Assembly (NCBI GenBank): GCA_044225365.1
Contig: JBGAIQ010000021.1
Coordinates: forward strand, 33,833 to 97,832
From: Planctomycetota bacterium
GTDB lineage: Bacteria; Planctomycetota; B15-G4; JADJEK01
DNA: 64,000 nt
Direction: 5' to 3'
Made by a program: the position numbers and the translations under genes. The notes beneath the pieces are model-generated. The model saw only the letters and a program-made list of their open reading frames with translations. It had not been told where the DNA came from and searched no databases. Of the stretch, positions 38,675-49,021 are shown one piece after another (position 1 is the first letter of the stretch; the number at the start of each line of letters is the position of its first letter).

Positions 38675-40057
38675 ATGTGGAGGATCTGGAGCACCCTGGT
38701 GTCGGCGATCGCCGCATCGCTCGGAGCGTGCGGTTCACCGCCACCGGTCGTGGCGCCCGAGACCGACATCTCGAACGCTACGGGCTTCGAGAACGCGGTG
38801 GTCGTTCGCCTCGAAGAGGGGCCGATCGACGAGCGCTCGCTCGACCCGTCGACATTGCATCAGGTCGATGCGGTCGCGGCTGCATTGCGCTCGAGTCCGC
38901 AACTTCAATCCGCACTCGCCCGCGTGCGAGTGGCGCTCTTCGACGCCGAGCAGGAGCGAGTCGTCGCGAACCCCGTGCTGGACGTGGTGGTGCGCAGCGC
39001 GTCGTGGGGTGCTCCGCTCGACATCGAAGCCGGCATCACCGAACGATTGGGTTCGCTCCTCACGCAACGCGGTCGATCGGACGCGGCCGACGCGAGGCTG
39101 AGGAGCGCCGCCGCCTCGGCGGTCACGACCGCGCTCGACGTGATCCTGCAGGTGCGCGAGCGATACGTCGATATCCAGGCGCTCGAGCGTCTGAAGCCGC
39201 TGATGGAACAGCGTCGCACGGTTCTCGCCCGAGTGATCGATGTCGCGCGGGAACGGCTGAGTGCGGGCGAAGGCACGCCGAACGACGTCTTGACGCTCGA
39301 ATCCCTCGCGGCCGAGCTCGAAGTCGAACTCGCGGACGATGAACTGGAGCTTCGCGACGCCCGCCTCGCGCTCGCGCGTCTCATCGGAGAGCCGAACGCA
39401 GATGCGCGCTGGACGGTGGACCCGTTCACCGAGCGCATTGAATCGAGAGCCTCGGAGGAAGAGACCGTCGCCAAGGCGCTGAGACGGCGGCCCGAGACCT
39501 GGGAGAGGAAGTGGGAAATCGCCGCTCTCGAATCCGAACTCGGGATCGCGGGCCTCATGAGTTGGGAGGAGTCGAACGCCGGTCTCTCCGCTCGCAACGG
39601 AGTCGAAGCGGGCGCGGGCCCGTCGCTCGGCGTTCCCCTTCCGTTCTTCGATTTCGGTCGCGTTCGAAGGGAACGAGTTCGGGCCCGGCTGTCGCAAGCG
39701 CACCACGAACTCTCGGACACGAATCGCCGCGTCGTCGAGGAAGTGCGCCGATCGCTCGAGGCCCTTCATGCGGCGCGCTCGAGTCTCGAGCGCGTCGCGA
39801 CGCGCTTGCTGCCGCTGACGGAGGAGCGTCGAAGGAAGACGGAGGAGATCTTCGTCGCGGGCCAGGTGGATGTCACCGCGTTGTGGCTCGCGGAGCAGGA
39901 CCTCCAGTCGGCGAACTCGAAGCGTGTCGAGCTCGAGAAGCGGCTCGCGCTCGCTCACGTGAGACTGGAGCGAGCCGTGGGGGGGAACGGAGAGATACCC
40001 CCGCCGATCCTGCCGAATCCCATCTCCGAAGAATCCAACGAGGCCCAGTCGCCATGA
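38675..40057 (+). CDS. TolC/CzcC-family outer-membrane efflux lipoprotein
   Basis: Lipobox LGAC, helical OEP repeats, VPLPFFD and LERAVGG. Confidence 0.85.
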   Translation: MWRIWSTLVSAIAASLGACGSPPPVVAPETDISNATGFENAVVVRLEEGPIDERSLDPSTLHQVDAVAAALRSSPQLQSALARVRVALFDAEQERVVANPVLDVVVRSASWGAPLDIEAGITERLGSLLTQRGRSDAADARLRSAAASAVTTALDVILQVRERYVDIQALERLKPLMEQRRTVLARVIDVARERLSAGEGTPNDVLTLESLAAELEVELADDELELRDARLALARLIGEPNADARWTVDPFTERIESRASEEETVAKALRRRPETWERKWEIAALESELGIAGLMSWEESNAGLSARNGVEAGAGPSLGVPLPFFDFGRVRRERVRARLSQAHHELSDTNRRVVEEVRRSLEALHAARSSLERVATRLLPLTEERRRKTEEIFVAGQVDVTALWLAEQDLQSANSKRVELEKRLALAHVRLERAVGGNGEIPPPILPNPISEESNEAQSP

Positions 40058-41340
40058 TGCCGTCCGACGCGAAACGAACGATTCGAATCCCGCGCCCCGT
40101 GCACGTCGTTCTCGTCGTGCTCTTGGGCCTCGCTCTCGCCTGCGGCAAGAACGACGAACCTAACCCCGAGGCGAAAGCCAACGGAGCGGCCGAGACGCCG
40201 AACTCGACCGCCGAGGCCTCCGGCGATGTCACGCTCTCGGATGATGCGGTGCAGCGCTATGGCATCGAGACCCAGAGCGTGAGCCAGCGGGTCTTGATTC
40301 CCACGATCACGGCGCCGGCACGGATCGCCTTCGATTCCGAGACGATCGCTCACGTCGGTTCTCCGTTGAACGGCCGGGTGACGGAACTCCGCGCGCGAGT
40401 CGGCGACTCCGTAGAGCTCGGCGCCGTTTTGCTCGTGATCGAGAGTCCGGAACTCGGCGAAGCGCAGAGCGACTTCTTGTCGAAGCGCGCGGCCGCCGCA
40501 GCGGCGATTCCCGCGATCGAGCTGGCGAAGAGCTCGTTCGAACGGGCCAAGGCGCTCTACGACAAGAGCCAGGGCATCACGCTCACCGAGGTCCAGAAGC
40601 GCGAAGGCGACTATCGAACGGCCGAAGCCGCGCGACTTTCGGCGCAGGTCGCAGTGACGGGCGCCGAGAACCGCCTGCATCTCCTCGGCATGAGCCAGGC
40701 GGCGATCGAGTCGCTCGCGAAATCGGGCGAACTGGATGCTCATTATGCGATCAAGGCGCCGCTCGCGGGCGAGATCATCGAACGAAACGTCTTCCTCGGC
40801 GAACTGGTTCGCCCCGAGACCGACGCGATCCTCGTGATCGCCGACACGAGCTCGTTGTGGGTGCTTGCGAACGTCCCCGAGTCGCGGCTCCAGGACGTCG
40901 TATTGAGTTCCCCCGCGAGGATCACGATGGGAACGAAGACGAGTGCGGAGTCCGCGGGCACGGTCGCCTTCGTCTCTGCCGCTGTCGATCCCTCGAGTCG
41001 ATCCGCCCAGGTGCGGATCGAGACGAAGAACGCGCAGCACGCGATGCGTCCCGGCATGTTCGCGCAGGTCGAGATCGAGGTGAGCACGTCCGCGAGCACT
41101 CCTCGATCCGTCCTCGCGGTGCCGGACGAAGCGATTCAGACGATCGACGGCGAGCCGTGCGTGTTCGTGCCGAGAAAGACCGCGAAGAACACGTTCTCCA
41201 AGCGAGCGGTGACGATCGGCGCAGTGGTGGGCGGATGGGTACCCGTCCTCTCCGGAGTGGAGGAGGGCGAAACCGTCGTCAGCGCCGGCAGCTTCCTCCT
41301 GAAGGCCGAGCTCGGCAAGGGCACGGCGGGAGAGGACTGA
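40054..41340 (+). CDS. CzcB-like RND periplasmic adaptor
   Basis: RVGDSV...SPELGEAQ, IKAPLAG, RPGMFA and GSFLLKAEL. Confidence 0.9.
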   Translation: MMPSDAKRTIRIPRPVHVVLVVLLGLALACGKNDEPNPEAKANGAAETPNSTAEASGDVTLSDDAVQRYGIETQSVSQRVLIPTITAPARIAFDSETIAHVGSPLNGRVTELRARVGDSVELGAVLLVIESPELGEAQSDFLSKRAAAAAAIPAIELAKSSFERAKALYDKSQGITLTEVQKREGDYRTAEAARLSAQVAVTGAENRLHLLGMSQAAIESLAKSGELDAHYAIKAPLAGEIIERNVFLGELVRPETDAILVIADTSSLWVLANVPESRLQDVVLSSPARITMGTKTSAESAGTVAFVSAAVDPSSRSAQVRIETKNAQHAMRPGMFAQVEIEVSTSASTPRSVLAVPDEAIQTIDGEPCVFVPRKTAKNTFSKRAVTIGAVVGGWVPVLSGVEEGETVVSAGSFLLKAELGKGTAGED

Positions 41341-41368
41341 TTCGCGATGCTTCACCGGAGGTCATGCC

Positions 41369-44300
41369 ATGATTGAGCGGATCCTGCGATTCTCGATCGA
41401 GAACCGATGGTGGGTCGTTGCACTCACGCTCGGCGCCGGCGCCTTTGGCGTCCTTTCGCTGCGTCAATTGCCGATCGATGCGGTTCCAGACATCACGAAC
41501 AATCAGGTGCAGATCAACACGCTGCTTCCATCGCTCTCGCCGGTCGAGATGGAGAAACAGGTCACCTTTCCGATCGAGAACGCGCTGGCCGGCATCCAAG
41601 GACTCGAGTCGACGCGCTCTCTGTCGCGGAACGGCTTCTCACAGGTGTCCGCGGTCTTCGACGACGACGTGAACGTCTACTTCGCGAGGCAGCAGGTCAG
41701 CGAACGACTCGGCGAAGCGAGGGACAGTCTTCCTCCCGGGGCGGAGCCGAAGATGGGCGCGATCTCGACCGGACTCGGCGAGATCTACATGTGGACCGTC
41801 GAATTCTTCCATCCCGAAGGCGAAGGACCGATCGCGCGCGATGGAGTCCCGGGATGGCAATCGAACGGCGACTACCTCACGCCCGAGGGCGAGAGACTGT
41901 CGAACGACCTCGAGCGGGCGGTCTACCTGCGAACCATCCAGGATTGGGTGATTCGGCCGCAATTGAAAGGCGTGCCGGGCGTGGCCGGCGTCGACGTCAT
42001 CGGCGGATACGTGAAGGAGTATCACGTTCAACCCGATGCGATGAAGCTGATCTCCTATGGTCTCACCTTCCAGGACGTCATCGAATCGCTCGAGAAGAAC
42101 AACGTCAGCACGGGCGCGGGGTACATCGAGCACAAGGGTGAATCCTATCTCGTGCGAGCGGCCGGTCGGATCCACACCGGCGAGCAGATCGAGGACATCG
42201 TCATCGGATCGCGCCGAGGAACTCCGATCTACGTTCGCGACGTGGCAGCCGTGGAGATCGGAAGAGAGCTCCGCACCGGGAGTGCGAGCGAGAACGGCGA
42301 GGAAGTCGTCGTCGGTACGGCGCTCATGCTGATCGGTGCGAATAGCCGGACCGTGGCGGCGGCGGTCGACGCGAAGCTGATCGAAGTCAACAGGTCCTTG
42401 CCCGCGGGAATTCGCGCGAAACCGGTTCTCAATCGAACGAAACTCGTCGACGCGACGATCGCGACCGTGAAGAAGAACCTGGTGGAAGGAGCGGTCCTCG
42501 TCATCGTGATCCTGTTCCTCTTGCTGGGGAACATCCGCGCCGCGGTCATCACCGCGCTGATCATTCCCTTCGCGATGCTGATGGCGTTCACCGGCATGGT
42601 GAAGACGAGAGTGAGCGGCAATCTGATGAGCCTCGGCGCCATCGACTTCGGAATCCTCGTCGATGGCGGCGTCATCATGGTCGAGAACTGCCTGCGAAGG
42701 CTCGCCGGAAGGCAACACGCGGAGGCGAGGAAACTGCGGCGGGACGAGCGGCTCCACGAGATCCTCGAGGCCTGCCGTGAGATGGCGCGACCCGCCGTGT
42801 TCGGGCCTGCGATCATCATCGTCGTCTTCGCACAGATCCTGTTCCTCACGGGCATCGAGGGGAAGATGTTCCGACCGATGGCGCTCACGGTGATCTACGC
42901 GCTCGTCGCTTCGCTCGTTCTCTCCCTCACGTTCATCCCGGCGCTCGTCTCGATCGTCGTGTCGGGCAAGGTGAAGGAGAAGGAGGTCTTTCTGATCCGC
43001 GGTGCGAAGGCGGTCTACTCGCCGATCGTCCGGGCCGCGATCCGATGGCGCTTCGCCGTCGTTCCGGCAGCGATCATCGGGTTCCTGCTCACACTCTCGA
43101 CTTTCTCGCGACTCGGACAGGAATTCGTTCCGACCCTCGACGAGAAGGACATCGCACTCCAAGCCGTGCGGATCCCGAGCACCGCCCTCTCGCAGGCGCA
43201 GACGATGCAGTTCGACCTGGAACGTACGGTCTCCGCGTTTCCCGAAGTGGCCTACGTGTACTCCAAGACCGGCACCGCGGAAATGGCGTCCGATCCGATG
43301 CCGCCGAACGCGACGGACACGTTCATCATCTTGAAGCCCCGCGAACAATGGCCGGATCCCGCCGAGACGAAGGCTTCGTTGATCGAGCGCATCGAGGACG
43401 CGGTGAGCAAGCTCCCAGGCAACGCATTGGAATTCACGCAACCCATCCAGATGCGCTTCAACGAGCTGATCGCGGGAGTTCGTGGCGATCTCGCCGTGAA
43501 AGTCTACGGCGATGATCCAGAGGCGATGCAGGACACCGCGACCCAGATCGCGCACATCATCGAGAGCGTCCCTGGCGCCGCGGATGTCCGAGTCGAGCAG
43601 ACCGAAGGGCTTCCGGTGATGGAGATCGAGATCGACCGTTCGGCGATCGCTCGCTACGGCCTCAGCATGGCGGAGGTGCAAGATGTCGTCGCCGTCGCGA
43701 TCGGCGGGCGCGAGGCGGGGCTCGTGTTCGAAGGTGATCGAAGGTTCGACATCGTGGTTCGCTTGCCCGACGATCTACGCCGCAGCCTCCGTGCGATCGA
43801 GGAATTGCCGATCCCATTGCCTCGAGCGTCGGACGCCGAATTCGAATCCGGAGACATCCTTGGACTCGTCACGGGCGACGAACTCGGCACGGGCGAACGC
43901 ACTCACGCGAGCAGCGGATTCCTGCCTCTCGGTTCGATCGCGACGGTGAAGGTCTCGGAGGGCCCGAACCAGGTGAGTCGTGAGAACGGGAAACGGCGCG
44001 TGGTCGTGCAAGCCAACGTACGCGGGCGGGATCTCGGATCCTTCGTCGCGGAGGTGCAGGAGAAATCCTCGAACGTGAAGCCGCCCGTGGGCGGCTGGCT
44101 CGCGTGGGGCGGTCAATTCGAGAATCTGCTCGCGGCCCGCGCGCGTCTCACCGTCGTCGTTCCCGCGTGCCTGCTCCTGATCGTCCTGCTCCTGCTCGGG
44201 CTGTTCAAGTCGCTGCGCTACGCGTTGCTCGTGTTCAGCGGTGTTCCGCTCGCCCTCACTGGCGGAATCCTAGCGCTCGAGCTTCGTGAGATGCCGTTCT

Positions 44301-44677
44301 CGATCTCCGCGGCGGTTGGGTTCATCGCATTGTCCGGCGTCGCCGTCTTGAACGGAGTCGTCATGGTCAGCTTCATGAATCAACTGCGCGACGAGGGTCG
44401 CGGATTCGAGGAGGCGATCACGCTCGGTTCGCTCACTCGACTTCGTCCGGTATTGATGACGGCGCTCGTCGCCTCGTTCGGCTTCCTGCCGATGGCCCTT
44501 GCGACGGGCACCGGAGCGGAGGTGCAAAAGCCGCTCGCCACCGTCGTCATCGGCGGCCTCGTCTCGAGCACGCTCCTCACGCTCGTCGTCCTGCCCGGCC
44601 TCTATCGCATCTTCGGCGCGCGCGATGCCGGCACTCTTCCGATCGAAGGAGATCGCAACGACGCTGAGAGCGCGTAG
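41369..44677 (+). CDS. czcA: CusA/CzcA-family heavy-metal efflux RND transporter
   Basis: LPIDAVPDIT, GNLMSLGAIDFGILVDG..IMVEN, RLRPVLMTA and GAEVQKPLATVVIGG. Confidence 0.92.
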   Translation: MIERILRFSIENRWWVVALTLGAGAFGVLSLRQLPIDAVPDITNNQVQINTLLPSLSPVEMEKQVTFPIENALAGIQGLESTRSLSRNGFSQVSAVFDDDVNVYFARQQVSERLGEARDSLPPGAEPKMGAISTGLGEIYMWTVEFFHPEGEGPIARDGVPGWQSNGDYLTPEGERLSNDLERAVYLRTIQDWVIRPQLKGVPGVAGVDVIGGYVKEYHVQPDAMKLISYGLTFQDVIESLEKNNVSTGAGYIEHKGESYLVRAAGRIHTGEQIEDIVIGSRRGTPIYVRDVAAVEIGRELRTGSASENGEEVVVGTALMLIGANSRTVAAAVDAKLIEVNRSLPAGIRAKPVLNRTKLVDATIATVKKNLVEGAVLVIVILFLLLGNIRAAVITALIIPFAMLMAFTGMVKTRVSGNLMSLGAIDFGILVDGGVIMVENCLRRLAGRQHAEARKLRRDERLHEILEACREMARPAVFGPAIIIVVFAQILFLTGIEGKMFRPMALTVIYALVASLVLSLTFIPALVSIVVSGKVKEKEVFLIRGAKAVYSPIVRAAIRWRFAVVPAAIIGFLLTLSTFSRLGQEFVPTLDEKDIALQAVRIPSTALSQAQTMQFDLERTVSAFPEVAYVYSKTGTAEMASDPMPPNATDTFIILKPREQWPDPAETKASLIERIEDAVSKLPGNALEFTQPIQMRFNELIAGVRGDLAVKVYGDDPEAMQDTATQIAHIIESVPGAADVRVEQTEGLPVMEIEIDRSAIARYGLSMAEVQDVVAVAIGGREAGLVFEGDRRFDIVVRLPDDLRRSLRAIEELPIPLPRASDAEFESGDILGLVTGDELGTGERTHASSGFLPLGSIATVKVSEGPNQVSRENGKRRVVVQANVRGRDLGSFVAEVQEKSSNVKPPVGGWLAWGGQFENLLAARARLTVVVPACLLLIVLLLLGLFKSLRYALLVFSGVPLALTGGILALELREMPFSISAAVGFIALSGVAVLNGVVMVSFMNQLRDEGRGFEEAITLGSLTRLRPVLMTALVASFGFLPMALATGTGAEVQKPLATVVIGGLVSSTLLTLVVLPGLYRIFGARDAGTLPIEGDRNDAESA

Positions 44678-44766
44678 TCGCACGATCGCCAACTGCACTC
44701 GAAGGTCCGAAATCGGCCCGCGGCGGATACGATGGTGGTCCTCGCGAGTCGAGCCGGAGGAGCCAC

Positions 44767-47700
44767 GTGCCGCTGCCGATCGCCACTTCGCCTCTGCGGA
44801 TCCTTGCGGCGAGCGTTGCCGCGATCGCCTTCGCTCCGTCGTTGCCGGCGCGACAGACCAACCCCGAGGGTTCGGATTCGTTCGTCACGACCGTTCGGCC
44901 CTGGCTCGACGAATACTGTTCCTCCTGTCATTCCGCGGATCGCCACAAGGGCGACGTCGACCTCGAGCGGTTCGAGACGCGATCGAGCGTGATCAAGGAG
45001 CCCAAGCTCTGGCAGCTCGTTTCCGAGAAACTGCGCAATGGCGAGATGCCGCCGAGCGACAAGACCCAGCCGACGCCGCATGAGCGCAGCGCGATCGTCG
45101 CCTGGATCGAAGGCACGCTCGACGAGATCTCCAAGCAGACCGCGGGCGACCCAGGACCGGTCGTCTTGAGAAGGCTCTCGAACGCCGAATACACCTTCAC
45201 GGTGCGCGACCTCACAGGGATTTCATCGCTCGATCCCGCGCGAGAGTTTCCGGTCGACGGCGCCGCGGGCGAGGGCTTCACGAACGTCGGCAACGCCCTC
45301 GTGATGTCGCCTCCGTTGCTCACGAAGTACCTCGACGCGGCGAAGGGGATTGCAAACCATGCGATGCTGCTCGAGGACGGAATCCGCTTCTCGGTCGGCG
45401 CCACGCGGCGCGATCAGACCGAGGACCTCCTCGCAGCGATCCGGGGTTTCTACCGGCAATACACCGATCCGGGCGGCGGCGAGGTCGTGAACCTGCAGGG
45501 CATCGTCTTCCTGACCAACGAAGGCGGTCGTCTCCCGCTCGAGAAGTACCTCGGAGCGGCGATCGATCTGCGCGACCGAGCGAACTCCAAGGAGGCTAGC
45601 GATGTCGAGAGCGTCGCACGGTCCAAGGGCCTCAGTCCGAAGTACCTAAACAAGCTCTACGCGGCCCTCACTGGCAAGGAGCCGTTCCTCCTGCTCGACC
45701 CGATTCGTTCGGCCTTCAAGTCGTGCTCGAAGGCCGACATCCCCGTCCTCACCGGCGAAATCGCCGCCTGGCAGAAGTCGCTGTGGAAGTTCAGCACGAT
45801 CGGTCACATCGGCAAGGCGGGCGGGCCCAGGGCTTGGATGGAGCCGCTCGACCCGCTCTCAACGACGCAGGAGTTGAAGGTCGCATTGCCGCCCGACGCG
45901 AGTCGCGAAACTCGAACGATCTACCTCGTCGCGGGCGACGCCGGCGATGGAAACGAACACGATGCGGTCGTCTGGCAGTCCCCTCGCTTCGTGAAGAAGG
46001 GTCGACCGGATCTCTTCCTCCGCGATGTTCGTGCCGTGACGCAGGAGCGGCAGGCCAAGCGATCACGCCTCTTCCGTTGCGCCGAAGCCGCTCTCCTCGC
46101 CGCGGCCGAGTCCGACGACGCAATCGATCTCGATGCGGTTGCGCAGCGCCACGGTGTCGAATCCAGCGATCTTTTGACATGGCTGAGCTACCTCGGACTG
46201 GGCCCCACCGACCCTGCACCGATCGAATCGTGCTTCGCGACGAAACTCGCACGTCCGAGCAATTACGACTTCATCTCCGGATGGGGCAGCGCCGATACGC
46301 CTCTTGCGATCGCGAACGCGTCGGATCAGGCCGTTCGCATTCCCGGGAACATGAAGCCGCACGGCATCGCGGTGCATCCCTCGCCCTCGCTGCGAGCGGT
46401 CGTTGCGTTTCGCAGTCCGATCGCGGCGAGGATGCGCGTCGACGCGAAGATCCAGCATGCGCATCCCGAATGCGGGAATGGGGTCGAATGGGCGCTCGAA
46501 CTGCGTCGCGGGACGCAGCGCCGTCTTCTTGCCAAAGGCTTCGCGCAGGGCGGCGCGGTGGAGCAGCCGTCGATCGGCGAGCCCGTTCGCTTGCGTGCGG
46601 GCGATGTCGTCGCCGTGTCGATCGGCGCTCGTGACGGCAATCACTCGTGCGACCTGACGGCCGTCGATCTCACGCTCGTCTCGGTCGACGACGCGAAGCA
46701 GACCTTCGACCTCTCCGCCGATTGCTCGAAGGACTTCACGGTCGCCAATCCCCACGCTGACGGCCTCGGCCACGATGGAGTCTGGAGCTTTTCGACCGAA
46801 CCCGATGGCGAGCCGCGCCTCGCCGCGGAGATCCCGGAAGGATCGATCCTCGCGCGATGGCTCACGTCGCCGAGTGCGGAGGAGAAAGCGCGACTCGCGG
46901 CCGAATTCGGCGCCTGGCTCGCAAAGGGCGGCGAGGCCAAGTCCGGCAGTCCCGATGCGCTGCTGTATCGCGATCTCGCGTCGCTCGGCGGGCCGCTCCT
47001 CGCAGCGGAGCCCGCGAAGCCCCTGCCGCATCCTTCGAGCGATACGGGCGAGTTCGGCATCGATCCGGCTCGCTTCGGCGTCGACCTCGAGAAGAACGCG
47101 ATCGATCCGCGGAACTTCGTCACGCACGCGCCTGCCGTCGAGGCAATCGAAGTCCCGAGCGAACTCGTCGAGGGCTGCGAGTTCGTGACGACCGGCGCAC
47201 TCGAACCGGGCGTCGGCGAGAACGGGAGCGTCCAACTCGAAGTGCGCCTCGACGCGCCTCCTGCTGCATTGGGCCCAAAAGGGTTGGTTCCTGCCGAGAC
47301 GCGCGTCTCCAACGCCAACGGAGTTTGGACCTCCAACAACCAGCGCATTCAATTCGCCGTGCCCGTCGTGGTGAATGCAGGCAGTCCCGCGGAGAAGCGC
47401 ATCCTCGCGGCATTCGACGAGTTCCGGGAGCTGTTCCCCGCGGCGCTCTGCTACGCGAAGATCGTCCCGGTCGACGAAGCCGTCACGCTCACGCAGTTCT
47501 ATCGCGAGGACGCGGCTCTCTCGCGACTCATGCTCGACGAGAACGAGGCGCGACAGCTCGATCGCCTGTGGAGCGATTTCCATTTCGTCGCCCAGGACGC
47601 GCTCAGCCAGGTCGACGCCTTCGATCAGATCTACCAGTTCGCGACCCAGGACGCCGATCCCAAGGTGTTCGAGCCGTTGCGCGAGCCGATCAGGCGAGCC

Positions 47701-49005
47701 GCCGCTCTGTTCAAGGAGAAGCAGGCCGCGGCCGAGGGGCGGCACATCGACGCCGTGCTCGAATTCGCGGATCGTGCCTGGCGACGGCCGCTCGAGCCGA
47801 GTGAGAAGGACGGCCTTCGTGCACTCTATCCGCGACTGCGGGAAGACGGCCTATCGCACGACGAGGCGATCCGCCTCCTCCTCGCCCGCGTCCTGACGGC
47901 GCCGGCCTATCTGTATCACCGCGAGCTTCCCGCGGCCGGTCGCGAAGCGGCCCCCGTGAGCGACTTCGAGCTCGCGAGCCGACTGTCCTACTTCCTGTGG
48001 TCCTCCATGCCGGACGACGAATTGCGCGCCGTCGCGGCGGCAGGACGACTTCATCGGGACGAGGAGATCGTTCGCGAGACGCGTCGTATGCTGCTCGACC
48101 CGAAGGTGCGACGGCTCGCGACCGAGTTCGGCTGCGCATGGCTGCACATCTCGAGCTTCGATCAGAACACCGAGAAGAGCGAACGGCACTTCCCGACGTT
48201 TCGCGCGCTCGCCGCGGACATGTACGAGGAGCCGATCCGCTTCTTCACGGCGCTGTTCCAGACGAACGCGAGAGTGAGCGACTTGCTCGACGCCGATTAC
48301 ACCTACCTCGACGCGGCGCTCGCCGCGCATTACGGGATCCCGGGTGTCGAGGGCGCCGAGTGGCGACGCGTCGACGGAGTGAAGGCCTATTCGCGAGGCG
48401 GCATCCTCGGCTTCGCCGCGACGCTGTCGGCGCAGTCGGGCGCATCGCGAACGAGCCCGATCCTGCGCGGCAACTTCGTATGTGAGGCGATCCTCGACGA
48501 CAAGCTGCCGCGCCCTCCGAAGGACGTCCCGAAGCTGCCCGAGGACGAGGGAACCGAATCGCGCACGATTCGCGACCTGGTCGAACGCCACAGCAAGGAC
48601 CCGAGCTGTGCGAAGTGCCATCAGCGAATGGACGCGTTCGGCTTCGCTCTCGAGTCGTTCGACGCGATCGGCCGTCTTCGCGAGCAGGATCTCGGCGGCC
48701 GCCCGATCGACACACATGCGAAAACGATGGATGGCTCCGAATTCGACGGCATCGCGGGATTGCGGAACTATCTGCTCGAGAAGCGAGGCGATGCGTTCCA
48801 CGCTCAGCTCTGCAAGAAACTGCTCGGGTACGCGCTTGGTCGCGCGGTGCAGCTCTCGGATCGGCCCCTGCTCTCGAGCATGACCGCGAGGCTCGCGTCC
48901 AACGAGGCCCGCATGAACGACATCGTCGAGGCGATCGTCCTCAGCCCACAATTCCGTTCGATCCGCGGCCGCGATGCGACGTGCGACGAAGTCGAGAAGC
49001 GATGA
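44767..49005 (+). CDS. DUF1592-family planctomycete cytochrome c protein (DUF1587/1595/1592/1588/1585) with a large insertion
   Basis: CSSCH...EMPP, LRRLSNAEY, RAWRRP, LASRLSYFLWSSMPD, RTSPILRG, CAKCH and YALGR. Confidence 0.9.
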   Translation: MPLPIATSPLRILAASVAAIAFAPSLPARQTNPEGSDSFVTTVRPWLDEYCSSCHSADRHKGDVDLERFETRSSVIKEPKLWQLVSEKLRNGEMPPSDKTQPTPHERSAIVAWIEGTLDEISKQTAGDPGPVVLRRLSNAEYTFTVRDLTGISSLDPAREFPVDGAAGEGFTNVGNALVMSPPLLTKYLDAAKGIANHAMLLEDGIRFSVGATRRDQTEDLLAAIRGFYRQYTDPGGGEVVNLQGIVFLTNEGGRLPLEKYLGAAIDLRDRANSKEASDVESVARSKGLSPKYLNKLYAALTGKEPFLLLDPIRSAFKSCSKADIPVLTGEIAAWQKSLWKFSTIGHIGKAGGPRAWMEPLDPLSTTQELKVALPPDASRETRTIYLVAGDAGDGNEHDAVVWQSPRFVKKGRPDLFLRDVRAVTQERQAKRSRLFRCAEAALLAAAESDDAIDLDAVAQRHGVESSDLLTWLSYLGLGPTDPAPIESCFATKLARPSNYDFISGWGSADTPLAIANASDQAVRIPGNMKPHGIAVHPSPSLRAVVAFRSPIAARMRVDAKIQHAHPECGNGVEWALELRRGTQRRLLAKGFAQGGAVEQPSIGEPVRLRAGDVVAVSIGARDGNHSCDLTAVDLTLVSVDDAKQTFDLSADCSKDFTVANPHADGLGHDGVWSFSTEPDGEPRLAAEIPEGSILARWLTSPSAEEKARLAAEFGAWLAKGGEAKSGSPDALLYRDLASLGGPLLAAEPAKPLPHPSSDTGEFGIDPARFGVDLEKNAIDPRNFVTHAPAVEAIEVPSELVEGCEFVTTGALEPGVGENGSVQLEVRLDAPPAALGPKGLVPAETRVSNANGVWTSNNQRIQFAVPVVVNAGSPAEKRILAAFDEFRELFPAALCYAKIVPVDEAVTLTQFYREDAALSRLMLDENEARQLDRLWSDFHFVAQDALSQVDAFDQIYQFATQDADPKVFEPLREPIRRAAALFKEKQAAAEGRHIDAVLEFADRAWRRPLEPSEKDGLRALYPRLREDGLSHDEAIRLLLARVLTAPAYLYHRELPAAGREAAPVSDFELASRLSYFLWSSMPDDELRAVAAAGRLHRDEEIVRETRRMLLDPKVRRLATEFGCAWLHISSFDQNTEKSERHFPTFRALAADMYEEPIRFFTALFQTNARVSDLLDADYTYLDAALAAHYGIPGVEGAEWRRVDGVKAYSRGGILGFAATLSAQSGASRTSPILRGNFVCEAILDDKLPRPPKDVPKLPEDEGTESRTIRDLVERHSKDPSCAKCHQRMDAFGFALESFDAIGRLREQDLGGRPIDTHAKTMDGSEFDGIAGLRNYLLEKRGDAFHAQLCKKLLGYALGRAVQLSDRPLLSSMTARLASNEARMNDIVEAIVLSPQFRSIRGRDATCDEVEKR

Positions 49006-49021
49006 TGCGAGGGAGTTCGAG